This document shows positions 9,029 through 18,376 of a stretch of 64,000 bases of DNA, one piece after another. The stretch's first letter is position 1; each line of letters begins with the position of its first letter. A program made the translations under genes and the position numbers. The notes under the pieces were generated by a model that made no database searches, had not been told where the DNA came from, and worked only from the letters and a program-made list of their open reading frames with translations. Source of the DNA: Patescibacteria group bacterium (GTDB lineage Bacteria; Patescibacteriota; Microgenomatia; UBA10105; UBA927); contig DPYI01000025.1 in the NCBI GenBank assembly GCA_003545435.1, positions 19,701 through 83,700 of the forward strand, read 5' to 3'.

Positions 9029-10095
9029 ATTTTTTTTGTTCGCATGGATAAACGTTTCATTTCCGACCAGCTATATCCAAATACCATGAGGAGAGACATA
9101 ATCGGATGGAGAAACCACGCGATATCAGGTTTTGATATAAATCCCTTCACGCTTATATATAAGGGTTGAATGATTGTTAGAGAAAATACTATAAATGCAG
9201 TTAAGTTGCGGCGGTCTTTGGGGGAATGGGAGTTATAGACTAAATATCTCCGTTTTCCCTTCAGGGTATCCGTAAAATACTTTTTTACCTCCACCCGCCT
9301 TATTACCTGATCCATAATATTCGGGCGGGAAACATGAATGATGCTGTTTTTTACGACGCCTACTGTATCATACCCCATACAAAGAAGCTCTCTATATCCG
9401 TCTGTATGGTAGAACGGCTTCCCTTTTCGGACCACTTTCCTAAAAACTTCAGCGCGTATCATACATCCATTATCTCCCATAACAGGCTGGTTATCTTCAG
9501 TGAACCGGACTATAGTATATTTTTGTGTATCTTTTATTATTTCCCCTTTATCATATTTCATCTGATCCATGCGGATTTTATCTGACTTTTTCAAATAGTA
9601 CAGTGTCGGATCGGGGGATCCGATTAATGCAAAGTATTTCGTAAGAATATCATCAGACGGATCGTATCCATTGTGCATGGAAAACGTCGAAAAAACATCT
9701 TTTTCCTTAAAAGGAGCCACCATGTCAGTCAGCCAACTTGACGAAGTCATTATGTTGTCCGATTGTAAAATCAAAACGATGTCTTCCTTGATATATGATA
9801 AAGCCCGGTAATAACGACCTAATCCTTCATTCTGATCATTTATAAAAGATAATATCCGGGGGTGATATTGACGTGCGACGGCAAGCACCTTTTTATGGCT
9901 TCCTCCGTCCAATATATAATGCCGGAATAGCCCCTTATACCGTTGTTTGCGTACAGCCTCAAGACATCTGGTAAACACTGCGATGTTTGGATTAAACGTA
10001 TTGGTGATAATTGCAATGGAAGGATTACTCATGGGTAGTGTGAATCTATAATTCATCTTTTTGTATGGTATTTTTCTGTTTCTTGTACCATGCAT
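9025..10095 (-). CDS. GT2-family glycosyltransferase with C-terminal membrane anchor
   Basis: 356 aa; N-terminal SIAIITNTFNPN... GT2-like; C-terminal hydrophobic helices. Start uncertain (alternative ATGs at 10056 and 10032), which affects the overlap with the SDR gene. Confidence 0.5.
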   Translation of the reverse strand: MHGTRNRKIPYKKMNYRFTLPMSNPSIAIITNTFNPNIAVFTRCLEAVRKQRYKGLFRHYILDGGSHKKVLAVARQYHPRILSFINDQNEGLGRYYRALSYIKEDIVLILQSDNIMTSSSWLTDMVAPFKEKDVFSTFSMHNGYDPSDDILTKYFALIGSPDPTLYYLKKSDKIRMDQMKYDKGEIIKDTQKYTIVRFTEDNQPVMGDNGCMIRAEVFRKVVRKGKPFYHTDGYRELLCMGYDTVGVVKNSIIHVSRPNIMDQVIRRVEVKKYFTDTLKGKRRYLVYNSHSPKDRRNLTAFIVFSLTIIQPLYISVKGFISKPDIAWFLHPIMSLLMVFGYSWSEMKRLSMRTKKI

Positions 10096-10912
10096 GCAAT
10101 CGAAGCAGTGATTGATAAAAAGGCGTAAAAGTTATCTGTGGCATTTCATTTTTCAATCTCGTGATATCGCACGTATATTCATTTGCTAACTCCTTTTTCT
10201 TAACATAAATCATATGCTTTTCTTTCCCCAATCTCGTGATTGTTTTGGCAATCGTCATGAGATTAATCTTCTTTCCGGTTCCGATATTGTATGCTCTGTA
10301 TGCAGGCTTATTTTTAATAAAATGATCAATTATGGGTGCCAAATCCTGAACATCCATATAGTCAAAATAGACATCCTGCTTCATCGTGATTGGTAACCCA
10401 TGGATATATCTGCATAATGCATTTGAAATAAATCGGTGTTGATAATTTTCCCCCTCTCCAAAAATTCCAAAAATCCGAAGGTCTATCATGTTATCGGTTT
10501 GATGAATGTAGTTTGAACATATGTATTTATACAACCCGTATTCATCGTTGGGAATTTGCTTCCCAAAATCTTTTTCCTTGATGTTGACTATCGGATGCCT
10601 CTTGTCGTACACAGCGCCCGATCCGATATGAATCAACCGTTGATAATATTTTCTGCACCGAGCAAGATTAAAAAAAATACAGATATTATCATAAAACATA
10701 CCTTTAACAAATAAATGAGGTCCGTTGCTTCCAACTACGGCGCAATGAATGACGATATCGACTTTATTTATTAAAAAATAGGATTGCACCTTCTTTTCAT
10801 CAAGCAAATCTAATTGTCTGTGATTCGGAGTTAGTAATGTATATTTTTGAGAAAGGGCAGTTTTCAGATGTGTTCCAATAAATCCGGTGGAACCCGTAAT
10901 GAGTATGTTCAT
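10046..10912 (-). CDS. NAD(P)-dependent SDR sugar reductase/epimerase (CDP-abequose/paratose synthase-like size)
   Basis: Start moved to internal MNILITGSTGFIGTHL (ATG 10912); 288 aa; YGLYKYI gives the YxxxK catalytic motif; divergent from the TPP-enzyme gene. Confidence 0.65.
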   Translation of the reverse strand: MNILITGSTGFIGTHLKTALSQKYTLLTPNHRQLDLLDEKKVQSYFLINKVDIVIHCAVVGSNGPHLFVKGMFYDNICIFFNLARCRKYYQRLIHIGSGAVYDKRHPIVNIKEKDFGKQIPNDEYGLYKYICSNYIHQTDNMIDLRIFGIFGEGENYQHRFISNALCRYIHGLPITMKQDVYFDYMDVQDLAPIIDHFIKNKPAYRAYNIGTGKKINLMTIAKTITRLGKEKHMIYVKKKELANEYTCDITRLKNEMPQITFTPFYQSLLRLHAWYKKQKNTIQKDEL

Positions 10913-11042
10913 AATCTTACAACCTGGCAAGTTTCTCCAGTCATCGTCCAGAAAAGCGTTTTTATTTTATCACAATCGATTTAGATTTTTTTCATATTCT
11001 ATCTCTAAGAGATATGCAACTGGCACATACTACCTTCTATTA

Positions 11043-11071
11043 TTGATTTATCCTTTGTGTTTAAGGATAAT
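11043..11071 (+). promoter_or_regulatory. Candidate sigma70-type promoter for the plus-strand TPP-enzyme gene, in the 178-nt divergent intergenic region 10913..11090
   Basis: TTGATT (11043..11048), a 17-nt spacer, then GATAAT (11066..11071); ATG at 11091. Confidence 0.3.
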
Positions 11072-11090
11072 ACCACTGTTACGTAATTTT

Positions 11091-12872
11091 ATGTATTCCC
11101 GCGTTGCTGACTACATTATTGATTACATATACCGGCATGGAACCGACACTATTTTTACCGTTGCCGGAGGCGGAGCAATGTTTCTGAACGATGCGGTAGC
11201 ACTGCATAAGAAAATCACATATATATGCAATCATCATGAACAGGCTTCCGCCATGGCAGCTGAAGCGTATGCAAAAACGAAGGGCCACATTGGCGCGGCT
11301 ATGATCACCTCAGGACCCGGAAGCACGAATGCCATTACCGGCCTTATGGAGGCCTACCAAAATTCAATTCCTGTTATTTTCATCTCCAGCCAAACAAAAA
11401 AATCTCAAATGATTGCGTATTCAGGGATTACTGGATTAAGACAGTTTGGGATTCAGGAAGTGGACATTATTCCGGTCGTCAAACATCTCACTAAGTACGC
11501 AGCTATTGTGGAAAAACCGGAAGACGTACAATACCATTTAGATAAAGCCTATTATGTAGCTCTTTCCGGTCGCCCTGGGCCGGTATGGCTGGATATTCCT
11601 TCTGACGTGGCTTCTTCCTCATTACCCCAACACCGTACCATGTTTACGATTCCGCAACAGATGCACAATGGTGTAACAGATGAACACATTAAAAAAATTA
11701 TTTCTTTGCTACGTAAATCAAAAAAACCTCTCATTATAGCCGGCGGCGGCATAAAACTGGCAAAAACAAGAAATGAATTCCGGGCGTTTATAAACAAATC
11801 AAAAATACCCGTCGTCTGTCCTGATATGGGTATTGATATTCTTGAATACGATAACCCATATTATGTCGGCCACGGAGGCACAAAAGGCGACCGCGCCGCC
11901 AATATCGTCATTCAACAGAGCGATCTTATCATATCTTTGGGGAGCCGCTTGGCAGTACCGTTTATCGGACACGAGTATGACACGTGGGCACCGAATGCCT
12001 ATAAAATTGTTGTGGACATAGACGAAAGCGAACATAAGAAAAAGACGATTACTATAGATTTATTTATACACAGCGATGTCAAACAGTTCCTAAAAAAATT
12101 AAACGCGTGTCTAAACAAATCTTCTATTAAAGACACATGGATACATTATTGTCAGAATATTAAGAAATCATATGCTTTAAAATATGCAACAGTCTCAACT
12201 GATAAAACACAAGAGATAAATATGTATGATGCAATTCACGAAATTTCCAACCAATCCAAACCGAATGATGTTTTTATTACCGATGCAGGAATTACAGCCT
12301 ATGTATCTACTCAGACAATAAAAATTAAAAAAGATCAAAGGCTGATTCTTCCGGGAGCCACTCTCACTATGGGATACAATCTGCCGGCAATAATTGGTGT
12401 TTGGGCAGCTGATCGCCATGCGCGGATAATCTGCATCACCGGAGATGGATCATTTCAGATGAATATCCACGAGTTGGCTGCTATTACGCACAATAAAATA
12501 CCTGTAAAGATATTTATTATGAACAATCACGGGTATCTGGCTATTCGGACGACCCAAAAAATTTTTTTTAATAAGCGTTTGATCGGTGAAGGACCAGAAA
12601 CCGGTGTCTCTTTCCCAAATACAGAAAAAATAGCCCAGGCGTATGGTTTGAAGTATTTCTGCATAGAATTCAAAAAGGACCTTCACAAAACTATTAAAAG
12701 GGTTTTAACCTGTAAAGGTGCAGTCATCTGTGATTGCATCCTGCCATATTGGCAGGACCACATTACCGTATCATCAAAAGAACTTGAAACCGGAAAAATT
12801 GTTTCTCTGCCGATAGATGATATGTATCCCTATCTATCCGATGAAGATAAATTGTCAATAAAATCTATTTAG
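11091..12872 (+). CDS. TPP-dependent acetolactate-synthase-family enzyme (YerE-like candidate C-C bond-forming enzyme)
   Basis: ORF start trimmed to MYSRVADYIIDYIYRHGTDTIF (ATG 11091); 593 aa; three-domain ALS architecture, with a GDGSFQMNIHELAAITHNKIPVKIFIMNNHGY TPP/Mg-binding motif. Confidence 0.8.
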   Translation: MYSRVADYIIDYIYRHGTDTIFTVAGGGAMFLNDAVALHKKITYICNHHEQASAMAAEAYAKTKGHIGAAMITSGPGSTNAITGLMEAYQNSIPVIFISSQTKKSQMIAYSGITGLRQFGIQEVDIIPVVKHLTKYAAIVEKPEDVQYHLDKAYYVALSGRPGPVWLDIPSDVASSSLPQHRTMFTIPQQMHNGVTDEHIKKIISLLRKSKKPLIIAGGGIKLAKTRNEFRAFINKSKIPVVCPDMGIDILEYDNPYYVGHGGTKGDRAANIVIQQSDLIISLGSRLAVPFIGHEYDTWAPNAYKIVVDIDESEHKKKTITIDLFIHSDVKQFLKKLNACLNKSSIKDTWIHYCQNIKKSYALKYATVSTDKTQEINMYDAIHEISNQSKPNDVFITDAGITAYVSTQTIKIKKDQRLILPGATLTMGYNLPAIIGVWAADRHARIICITGDGSFQMNIHELAAITHNKIPVKIFIMNNHGYLAIRTTQKIFFNKRLIGEGPETGVSFPNTEKIAQAYGLKYFCIEFKKDLHKTIKRVLTCKGAVICDCILPYWQDHITVSSKELETGKIVSLPIDDMYPYLSDEDKLSIKSI

Positions 12873-12887
12873 AATTCACGTACGTCA

Positions 12888-13847
12888 TTACCGGTACGAT
12901 TGAGTCTTTTTATACCACACATATGTTTGTTGCAAACCCCTTCTCAATGAATGCGTATTTTTCCATCCCAACGCCCTTATTTTGTTATCATTCAGGTGCT
13001 GATATGGAATTTCACTTTTTGCTGAATTGAGAATTGTGTAGTGTATGTGCTTCTTTAGAATTTTTTCAGTGTTTTTTATCAAATCTAGGACAGAAAAATT
13101 ATTGTCAGATGATATATTAAAAGCCTGACCTGCTGTTCTCTTCATATGCCGGATTAGAAATGCTGTAGCCAGAGCTATATCTTTAACATAAACATAATCC
13201 CGTATATATGTTCCATCGCTTCGAACCTCAAGTACGGAGTTTGTAATCAGCGCTTTACATATTCCGGGAATAATCCTATCAAAATGTATGTCTCCTTCTC
13301 CAAACACGTTGCCAAACCGCGTAACGATAACCGGTAATCCATATGTTTTTCCATACGTCTGGGCTATGAGATCCGTGCAGGATTTGGATACATCATATGG
13401 ATGATCACCTTTCAGGGGGGATTCTTCCGTATACGGTTTGGTTGTCTTTCCGTATGCTTTGTCAGAAGAAGCTACAAGAATACCTTGTATACCGGCTGTA
13501 CGCCTGCATGCCTCCAGCACATGCACAGTACCCATAATGTTTGTTTTAAAAACATCATAGGGATTATCATACGCTTCCTGGACTATCGGAAGAGCCGCCA
13601 GATGGATAACATACGTTGGACTAACTGACGCAAATACTGCTTCAACTTTTTCTCTTTTTGTTATATCTATAATTTGATAATTTGTTTTCTTGTCTAATGA
13701 TTTCAGAAAAAAATACGATTTGCAGGGGTTTTGAATATCTATGACGGTAACGTCATATTTTTTTCGTACTAGCAGTTCTACGAGATGAGCCCCGATGAAT
13801 CCTGCTCCGCCGGTAACCAGTACACGGAGGGGTTCTAATCGTTCCAT
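12888..13847 (-). CDS. CDP-glucose 4,6-dehydratase-like SDR (RfbG/DdhB-like)
   Basis: Start set at MERLEPLRVLVTGGAGFIGAHL (ATG 13847); TNIMGTVHVLEA and HPYDVSKSCTDL (YxxxK) resemble the CDP-glucose 4,6-dehydratase signatures TNVMGTVHLLE and DPYSNSKGCAEL; immediately downstream of rfbF. Confidence 0.65.
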   Translation of the reverse strand: MERLEPLRVLVTGGAGFIGAHLVELLVRKKYDVTVIDIQNPCKSYFFLKSLDKKTNYQIIDITKREKVEAVFASVSPTYVIHLAALPIVQEAYDNPYDVFKTNIMGTVHVLEACRRTAGIQGILVASSDKAYGKTTKPYTEESPLKGDHPYDVSKSCTDLIAQTYGKTYGLPVIVTRFGNVFGEGDIHFDRIIPGICKALITNSVLEVRSDGTYIRDYVYVKDIALATAFLIRHMKRTAGQAFNISSDNNFSVLDLIKNTEKILKKHIHYTILNSAKSEIPYQHLNDNKIRALGWKNTHSLRRGLQQTYVWYKKTQSYR

Positions 13848-14620
13848 ATTTTCCAGGGAGGAGACTGTTCTTTCCATAGAGAGTTTAACCGCTCCACGTC
13901 TGCATAGGTGTCCATAGAATGCCAAAATCCTCTATGGATATACAGAGACAATTCACGTTTTTTTATGAGACGTTTCAATGCCTGGTGTTCCATTTCCCCC
14001 TTTTTAAGGTAATCGAAAAAACTATATTGGAAAATCATGAATCCGCCATTCACCCAATCCCGAAGCACCGGTTTTTCTATAAATTCAGTAATGACATTCC
14101 ATCTATTGATATGAACTAATCCGTATTTGCTCCGGGGGTACACTCCCGTGATAGTACCTGTAGTTTTTTGTTTTTTATGAAATGAGACCAATTCCTTAAC
14201 ATCTATATCCCCCACACCGTCTCCGTAGGTAACCATAAAATCTTCATTGTTTGGAATATAATCCTTTATCCTTAGAATCCGTTCTCCGGGAAGAGTATCA
14301 AGTCCCGTGTCAACAAACGTAATTTTAAAATCATCAATGCGTTTCCCGTCGGTTGTATCTCTGTAAATTTTGGCATACCCTGTTTTTGTCGATAACGTAA
14401 AATCATGAATAAAATATTTCTGATTGAGGAAATAATCCTTTATATATTCACCCTTATATCCCAATGCAATGATAAAGTCATTACATCCGTAATGGGAATA
14501 GATTTTCATAATGTGCCAGAGGATCGGTTTGTTTCCAATAAAAACCATTGGTTTTGGCTTAAATTCTGTTTCCTCTTTCAGGCGATATCCTATTCCGCCG
14601 CACAGAATAACTGTTTTCAT
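13835..14620 (-). CDS. rfbF: Glucose-1-phosphate cytidylyltransferase
   Basis: 261 aa; MKTVILCGGIGYRLKEETEFKPKPMVFIGNKPILWHIMKIYSHYG...PPWKIWND aligns along its whole length with Salmonella RfbF (MKAVILAGGLGTRLSEET...KPKPMVEIGGKPILWHIMK...APWKTWE). Confidence 0.9.
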   Translation of the reverse strand: MKTVILCGGIGYRLKEETEFKPKPMVFIGNKPILWHIMKIYSHYGCNDFIIALGYKGEYIKDYFLNQKYFIHDFTLSTKTGYAKIYRDTTDGKRIDDFKITFVDTGLDTLPGERILRIKDYIPNNEDFMVTYGDGVGDIDVKELVSFHKKQKTTGTITGVYPRSKYGLVHINRWNVITEFIEKPVLRDWVNGGFMIFQYSFFDYLKKGEMEHQALKRLIKKRELSLYIHRGFWHSMDTYADVERLNSLWKEQSPPWKIWND

Positions 14621-14670
14621 AATAATAATTTATTTATAACCTGAATTACGAAATAAATAAAGCTATTTTT

Positions 14671-14770
14671 TGTCATTCCGGACTTGCCTCGCCCGGCAAA
14701 GCCTTGGCGAAGTCGGGATCCGGAATCCAGAGAACAATTGCCTAGATTCCTGCTTTCGGGAGGAATGACA
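14671..14770. repeat. Composite palindromic intergenic element, copy A (TGTCATTCCGGA...GGGAGGAATGACA)
   Basis: 100-nt nested inverted repeats in the 235-nt gap between a gene end and the rfbF start; termini and the internal GTCGGGATCC block are shared with copies B and C. Confidence 0.6.
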
Positions 14771-14854
14771 AGGTAGAACAGCCAAAAAAGTCATTCTCTA
14801 TTTTGTAACTCAAGCTATTATAGCAAAATGGTGCATATTTTACGAAGGTACGTG

Positions 14855-16522
14855 CTACTTCATACAATTCCTAATTCTCAAAACAACATCGTTTGTTATA
14901 TCAATGACCTTATGATCCGTAGAATCATAGTAAAATCCACGAATCTGATCAGAGTTGAATTTATTATTACACGAGTCTTTTTTAAGCAAATCAAGTGAAT
15001 GATAATATCCAAATCCTTGACCTCCGTCTTCAAAATAGCCTTGCTCAAGCATTCCCCAAAATGACATATCATATATTAATTTTTTTGGAATTTTTCCTGT
15101 ATCGTAAAAGAGAACCATAAATGTGAAACCGGGCCCCTGCTGGAGAGGCAGTCTCATGCCGGATACGCCATAAAAGCTTTCTGCGCTTCCCGTTGCATAC
15201 AATACGGGTTTTTCGGGAAGATCCGGGTATATGACCCGGACAGACTGAAGCATATTCTTCCGCTCTTCTCCGATAATTTTCTGATGCCGTATATCGCGGA
15301 TAATATATACACTTTGTTTATAGAGATACCCAACAGTAAATAAGGAAATACAGACTATAACTAATAATCGTAAATTTTTATTTTTATGACTTAATTCAAC
15401 AATTGAGGCTATTAAGCCCGAGATTAATAATCCGCCGGCTGCTGCCGCGAAAGAAAAATATCGGGAATCGAGATATTCACCGTTTCGATTTACTAAAGAA
15501 AACGGAATAAACGACACTACAAGAAGCAGGAATGAAATCAGGATAGCAAAGCGGTATTTTTTCCCAAAAAATAAAACACTGCTCATTCCAATAAACAAAA
15601 GAAGCGTACACCAAAGACCGACAATGTCAGTCATCATCAACTCCTGCACCACATGAATATTTTCAATATGTATGAGGCGTTCATAGCGGGACGAAAAAAC
15701 AATAGTAGATATAAAACGCATAACAGGAAGAGGAATAAATGTTTCACTGAAAGATATAAGGGGATACAGAAACGCATTTATTAGTATCCCTATCATCGGA
15801 GTTCCGCTTGATTCTGTTACTGCAAGCTGACTTTTCCATCCATGTATAAATATATCTGCAATCCGTACAATGATAATGAAAACAATGAATATAAAAAGAC
15901 TTGTATATCGTATGAATTCATCTTTCAATCCACCCAGGTCCCGCTTAGGTGCAGTAAATATGGGAAGAAGAGGCATCCAGGCAATGCTTGATTCCTTAAA
16001 GTAGTATGAAATAACCGCGCAGACAATACACCATATTCTCTTCTTCTTCAAAGCAAGGACAATTGACAGAAGCATAAAAAAAAGCGAGGGAAGAGCGGTA
16101 AATGACGTTGCCAGCCATGATACCGACTGATGACTTGCATAGCACACAGCATAAGATAATCCAGCAACGGTTGCAAAGATATGGGGAATGCCAAGAAGTC
16201 GTGCTATTTTACGAACCAATAATCCATTTATACTATGAACAAAAAGTGCAAATACTGCCCAGGGCAGAACATTCGTGCCGAACATATGAAACAATGAATA
16301 CTTGAGAACAGTGGAAAACGGACGATTTAAACCAACCAGAAGCAGGTGCAACGGAAATACTGACAATTCGACCTCGATTCCTCCAATCTTCGCAAGTCCC
16401 AATGAAACCCATTCATCCTGCTGGTAAAACGTAAATGGGAGATCGCGAAATGCGAAGAGGGCAAAACCTATGATAAGAAGCATTTCAAATACAGATACTA
16501 TGGTATAAGGTTTTTTCCTCAT
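14855..16522 (-). CDS. Polytopic membrane protein, paralog family E (putative GT-C glycosyltransferase/polymerase)
   Basis: 555 aa, more than 12 TM segments; C-terminal domain ...GQGFGYYHSLDLL...KVIDITNDVVLRIRNCMK is paralogous to 16679..18376. Confidence 0.55.
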   Translation of the reverse strand: MRKKPYTIVSVFEMLLIIGFALFAFRDLPFTFYQQDEWVSLGLAKIGGIEVELSVFPLHLLLVGLNRPFSTVLKYSLFHMFGTNVLPWAVFALFVHSINGLLVRKIARLLGIPHIFATVAGLSYAVCYASHQSVSWLATSFTALPSLFFMLLSIVLALKKKRIWCIVCAVISYYFKESSIAWMPLLPIFTAPKRDLGGLKDEFIRYTSLFIFIVFIIIVRIADIFIHGWKSQLAVTESSGTPMIGILINAFLYPLISFSETFIPLPVMRFISTIVFSSRYERLIHIENIHVVQELMMTDIVGLWCTLLLFIGMSSVLFFGKKYRFAILISFLLLVVSFIPFSLVNRNGEYLDSRYFSFAAAAGGLLISGLIASIVELSHKNKNLRLLVIVCISLFTVGYLYKQSVYIIRDIRHQKIIGEERKNMLQSVRVIYPDLPEKPVLYATGSAESFYGVSGMRLPLQQGPGFTFMVLFYDTGKIPKKLIYDMSFWGMLEQGYFEDGGQGFGYYHSLDLLKKDSCNNKFNSDQIRGFYYDSTDHKVIDITNDVVLRIRNCMK

Positions 16523-16571
16523 ATATACATGCAGAGATTAGAATCAATAACAAAACCTGATGGTTTGTCAC

Positions 16572-16654
16572 GTCATTGCGAGCGAAACGAAGTAAAGCGA
16601 AGCAATCTTTAGAATTATAGAGATTGCTTCGTCGTTGCACTCCTCGCAATGACA
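16572..16654. repeat. Composite palindromic intergenic element, copy B (GTCATTGCGAG...CTCGCAATGACA)
   Basis: Perfect 11-bp terminal inverted repeats GTCATTGCGAG/CTCGCAATGAC enclosing a second perfect hairpin CGAAGCAATCT/AGATTGCTTCG; lies between two tandem paralogs. Confidence 0.65.
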
Positions 16655-16678
16655 ATAAATGAGGTTTTGATACTAATT

Positions 16679-18376
16679 CTAATTAATACATCTCATGTCA
16701 ATTTCTTTCCTGATATCGCCTGTGATATCGATAAGTTTTCTTTCATTTCCGAAATAGTATAATCCGATAACCTGATCTGTCCGTAAAGCGCGATCTTTAT
16801 GAAAAAGATTACAAAGCGACTCCTTTTGCCAAAAATACCCAAATCCCTCTCCACCGATTTCCTTATACCCTTCTTCTAAAAACCGGCTTAAATATTTTTC
16901 ACGGATGAGTTGTCTGGGAATCTCATTCCTTTCTCTGAATGCCATCATGATCATAAATCCTGTCCCATATTGAAAGGGAACGACATTATTCTGGTAGAAA
17001 AAATTTCTATCCCCGGAAATATAGAAAATCGGTTTCTCAGAGAGCATCGGCACGATACGATTCATGTCTACAATCAGCTTCTGTATATCCATTGAATAAA
17101 GAACATTCTCATAGACATCCCTCTGAACAAAACTGATCTGTTTCCAGTAAAAAAACAATAATATAAATGCTACAATACATATCGACGGCATGACGCCAAA
17201 GAACCGCCGAAGAATAACAGAGACGTATTCCACACCCACCCCGAATATGAGTCCGAACCCGAAAATAGAATAATAGAGATACCGTGATTCTAAAAAGGAA
17301 GAATTCCTTTCAGGAAGATACATTGCCATCGGTAAGAATGATAAGACATACCAGAGAAGTCCGAATACTAAAAGTCTCCTCCTCTGTTTCATTTTTAAGT
17401 AAACGAGTAAAAACCCCCCAATAAGAATAAAAGAAAGAAGTGTTGATATCATATCGGACAGTATGGTCACGACGATGATATCCTTATTTGCCGCAACCCC
17501 CAGGAATTGATAGAGAAACACGCCAAAATGTTCACTTGTGCGAAAGAGGGTTCGGGGAGATATCATCATATGGGAAATGCTGATGAACGGGTACCAAACG
17601 CTGTTGAATATAATTCTGATAAGAATCTGTGTTGCTGTTGCCATTTCTGCAATGCTTTTAAACTGAAATAGGAGATACATGTTCCACGCAACAAAAAAAA
17701 TAAATAACGCAAAAATTCCTGCATATTTTCTAAAAAACCGTAAAATGTCTATTTTATTCTTGGAAAAAAAATACGGAGAAAACAAAAGGAGCGGCAAAAC
17801 GAAAATACAGCTGTTTTTGAAAAGAAACGCAATATAGAGAAATACAAAAGAAAGAAGGATGAGAACTTTCTTTCCGACGGCGAGAGTGGGCGGACGGATG
17901 ATAAATGCCAGATACACCATCGTGCTACTTAAAGTTGTCTGTACGACTGCACCAAACCATGAGATTGCCTGCTGACCGGAAGTTGGCACGGCAACTGACA
18001 AGATGCAAAGAAGTGACAAGAGAGAGTTTTTTGTCATTTTTTTGACTACAAAATAGGCAAGAATGATATTTATCGATCCGACAGCATAGCCAAATATCAC
18101 AAAAGGAGTCGCGTTTCCCGGAAAATAGTAGAAAAATACGTTATTTATCAGAGACCCGATAAACCGGAACCTTCCAGTAACCTGCAGGAGAATATTAGGA
18201 CTGATGCCGGCAAATAATCCATTTGCAAATACGCTTCCCATCTGTGTCCATTCGTCATTCAAAAAATATATGCGCGGCAAATCCTTAAATGCGATAGCGA
18301 ATGCAAAAAGAGATAGCGCAATTGAGGCGAATGGAATTATTTTTTGAAATTTTTTAGTTATCCGATTTTTTCTCAT
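16679..18376 (-). CDS. Polytopic membrane protein, paralog family E
   Basis: 565 aa; the same architecture and C-terminal motifs (GGEGFGYFWQKESL...KLIDITGDIRKEIDMRCIN) as 14855..16522. Confidence 0.55.
   Translation of the reverse strand: MRKNRITKKFQKIIPFASIALSLFAFAIAFKDLPRIYFLNDEWTQMGSVFANGLFAGISPNILLQVTGRFRFIGSLINNVFFYYFPGNATPFVIFGYAVGSINIILAYFVVKKMTKNSLLSLLCILSVAVPTSGQQAISWFGAVVQTTLSSTMVYLAFIIRPPTLAVGKKVLILLSFVFLYIAFLFKNSCIFVLPLLLFSPYFFSKNKIDILRFFRKYAGIFALFIFFVAWNMYLLFQFKSIAEMATATQILIRIIFNSVWYPFISISHMMISPRTLFRTSEHFGVFLYQFLGVAANKDIIVVTILSDMISTLLSFILIGGFLLVYLKMKQRRRLLVFGLLWYVLSFLPMAMYLPERNSSFLESRYLYYSIFGFGLIFGVGVEYVSVILRRFFGVMPSICIVAFILLFFYWKQISFVQRDVYENVLYSMDIQKLIVDMNRIVPMLSEKPIFYISGDRNFFYQNNVVPFQYGTGFMIMMAFRERNEIPRQLIREKYLSRFLEEGYKEIGGEGFGYFWQKESLCNLFHKDRALRTDQVIGLYYFGNERKLIDITGDIRKEIDMRCIN

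Noticed and set aside
12873-12887. Short inverted repeat CGTACG...GGTACG between convergent genes, as a possible bidirectional terminator
   Set aside because: The stem is only about 5-6 bp with mismatches in a 15-nt gap; it is too weak to call.
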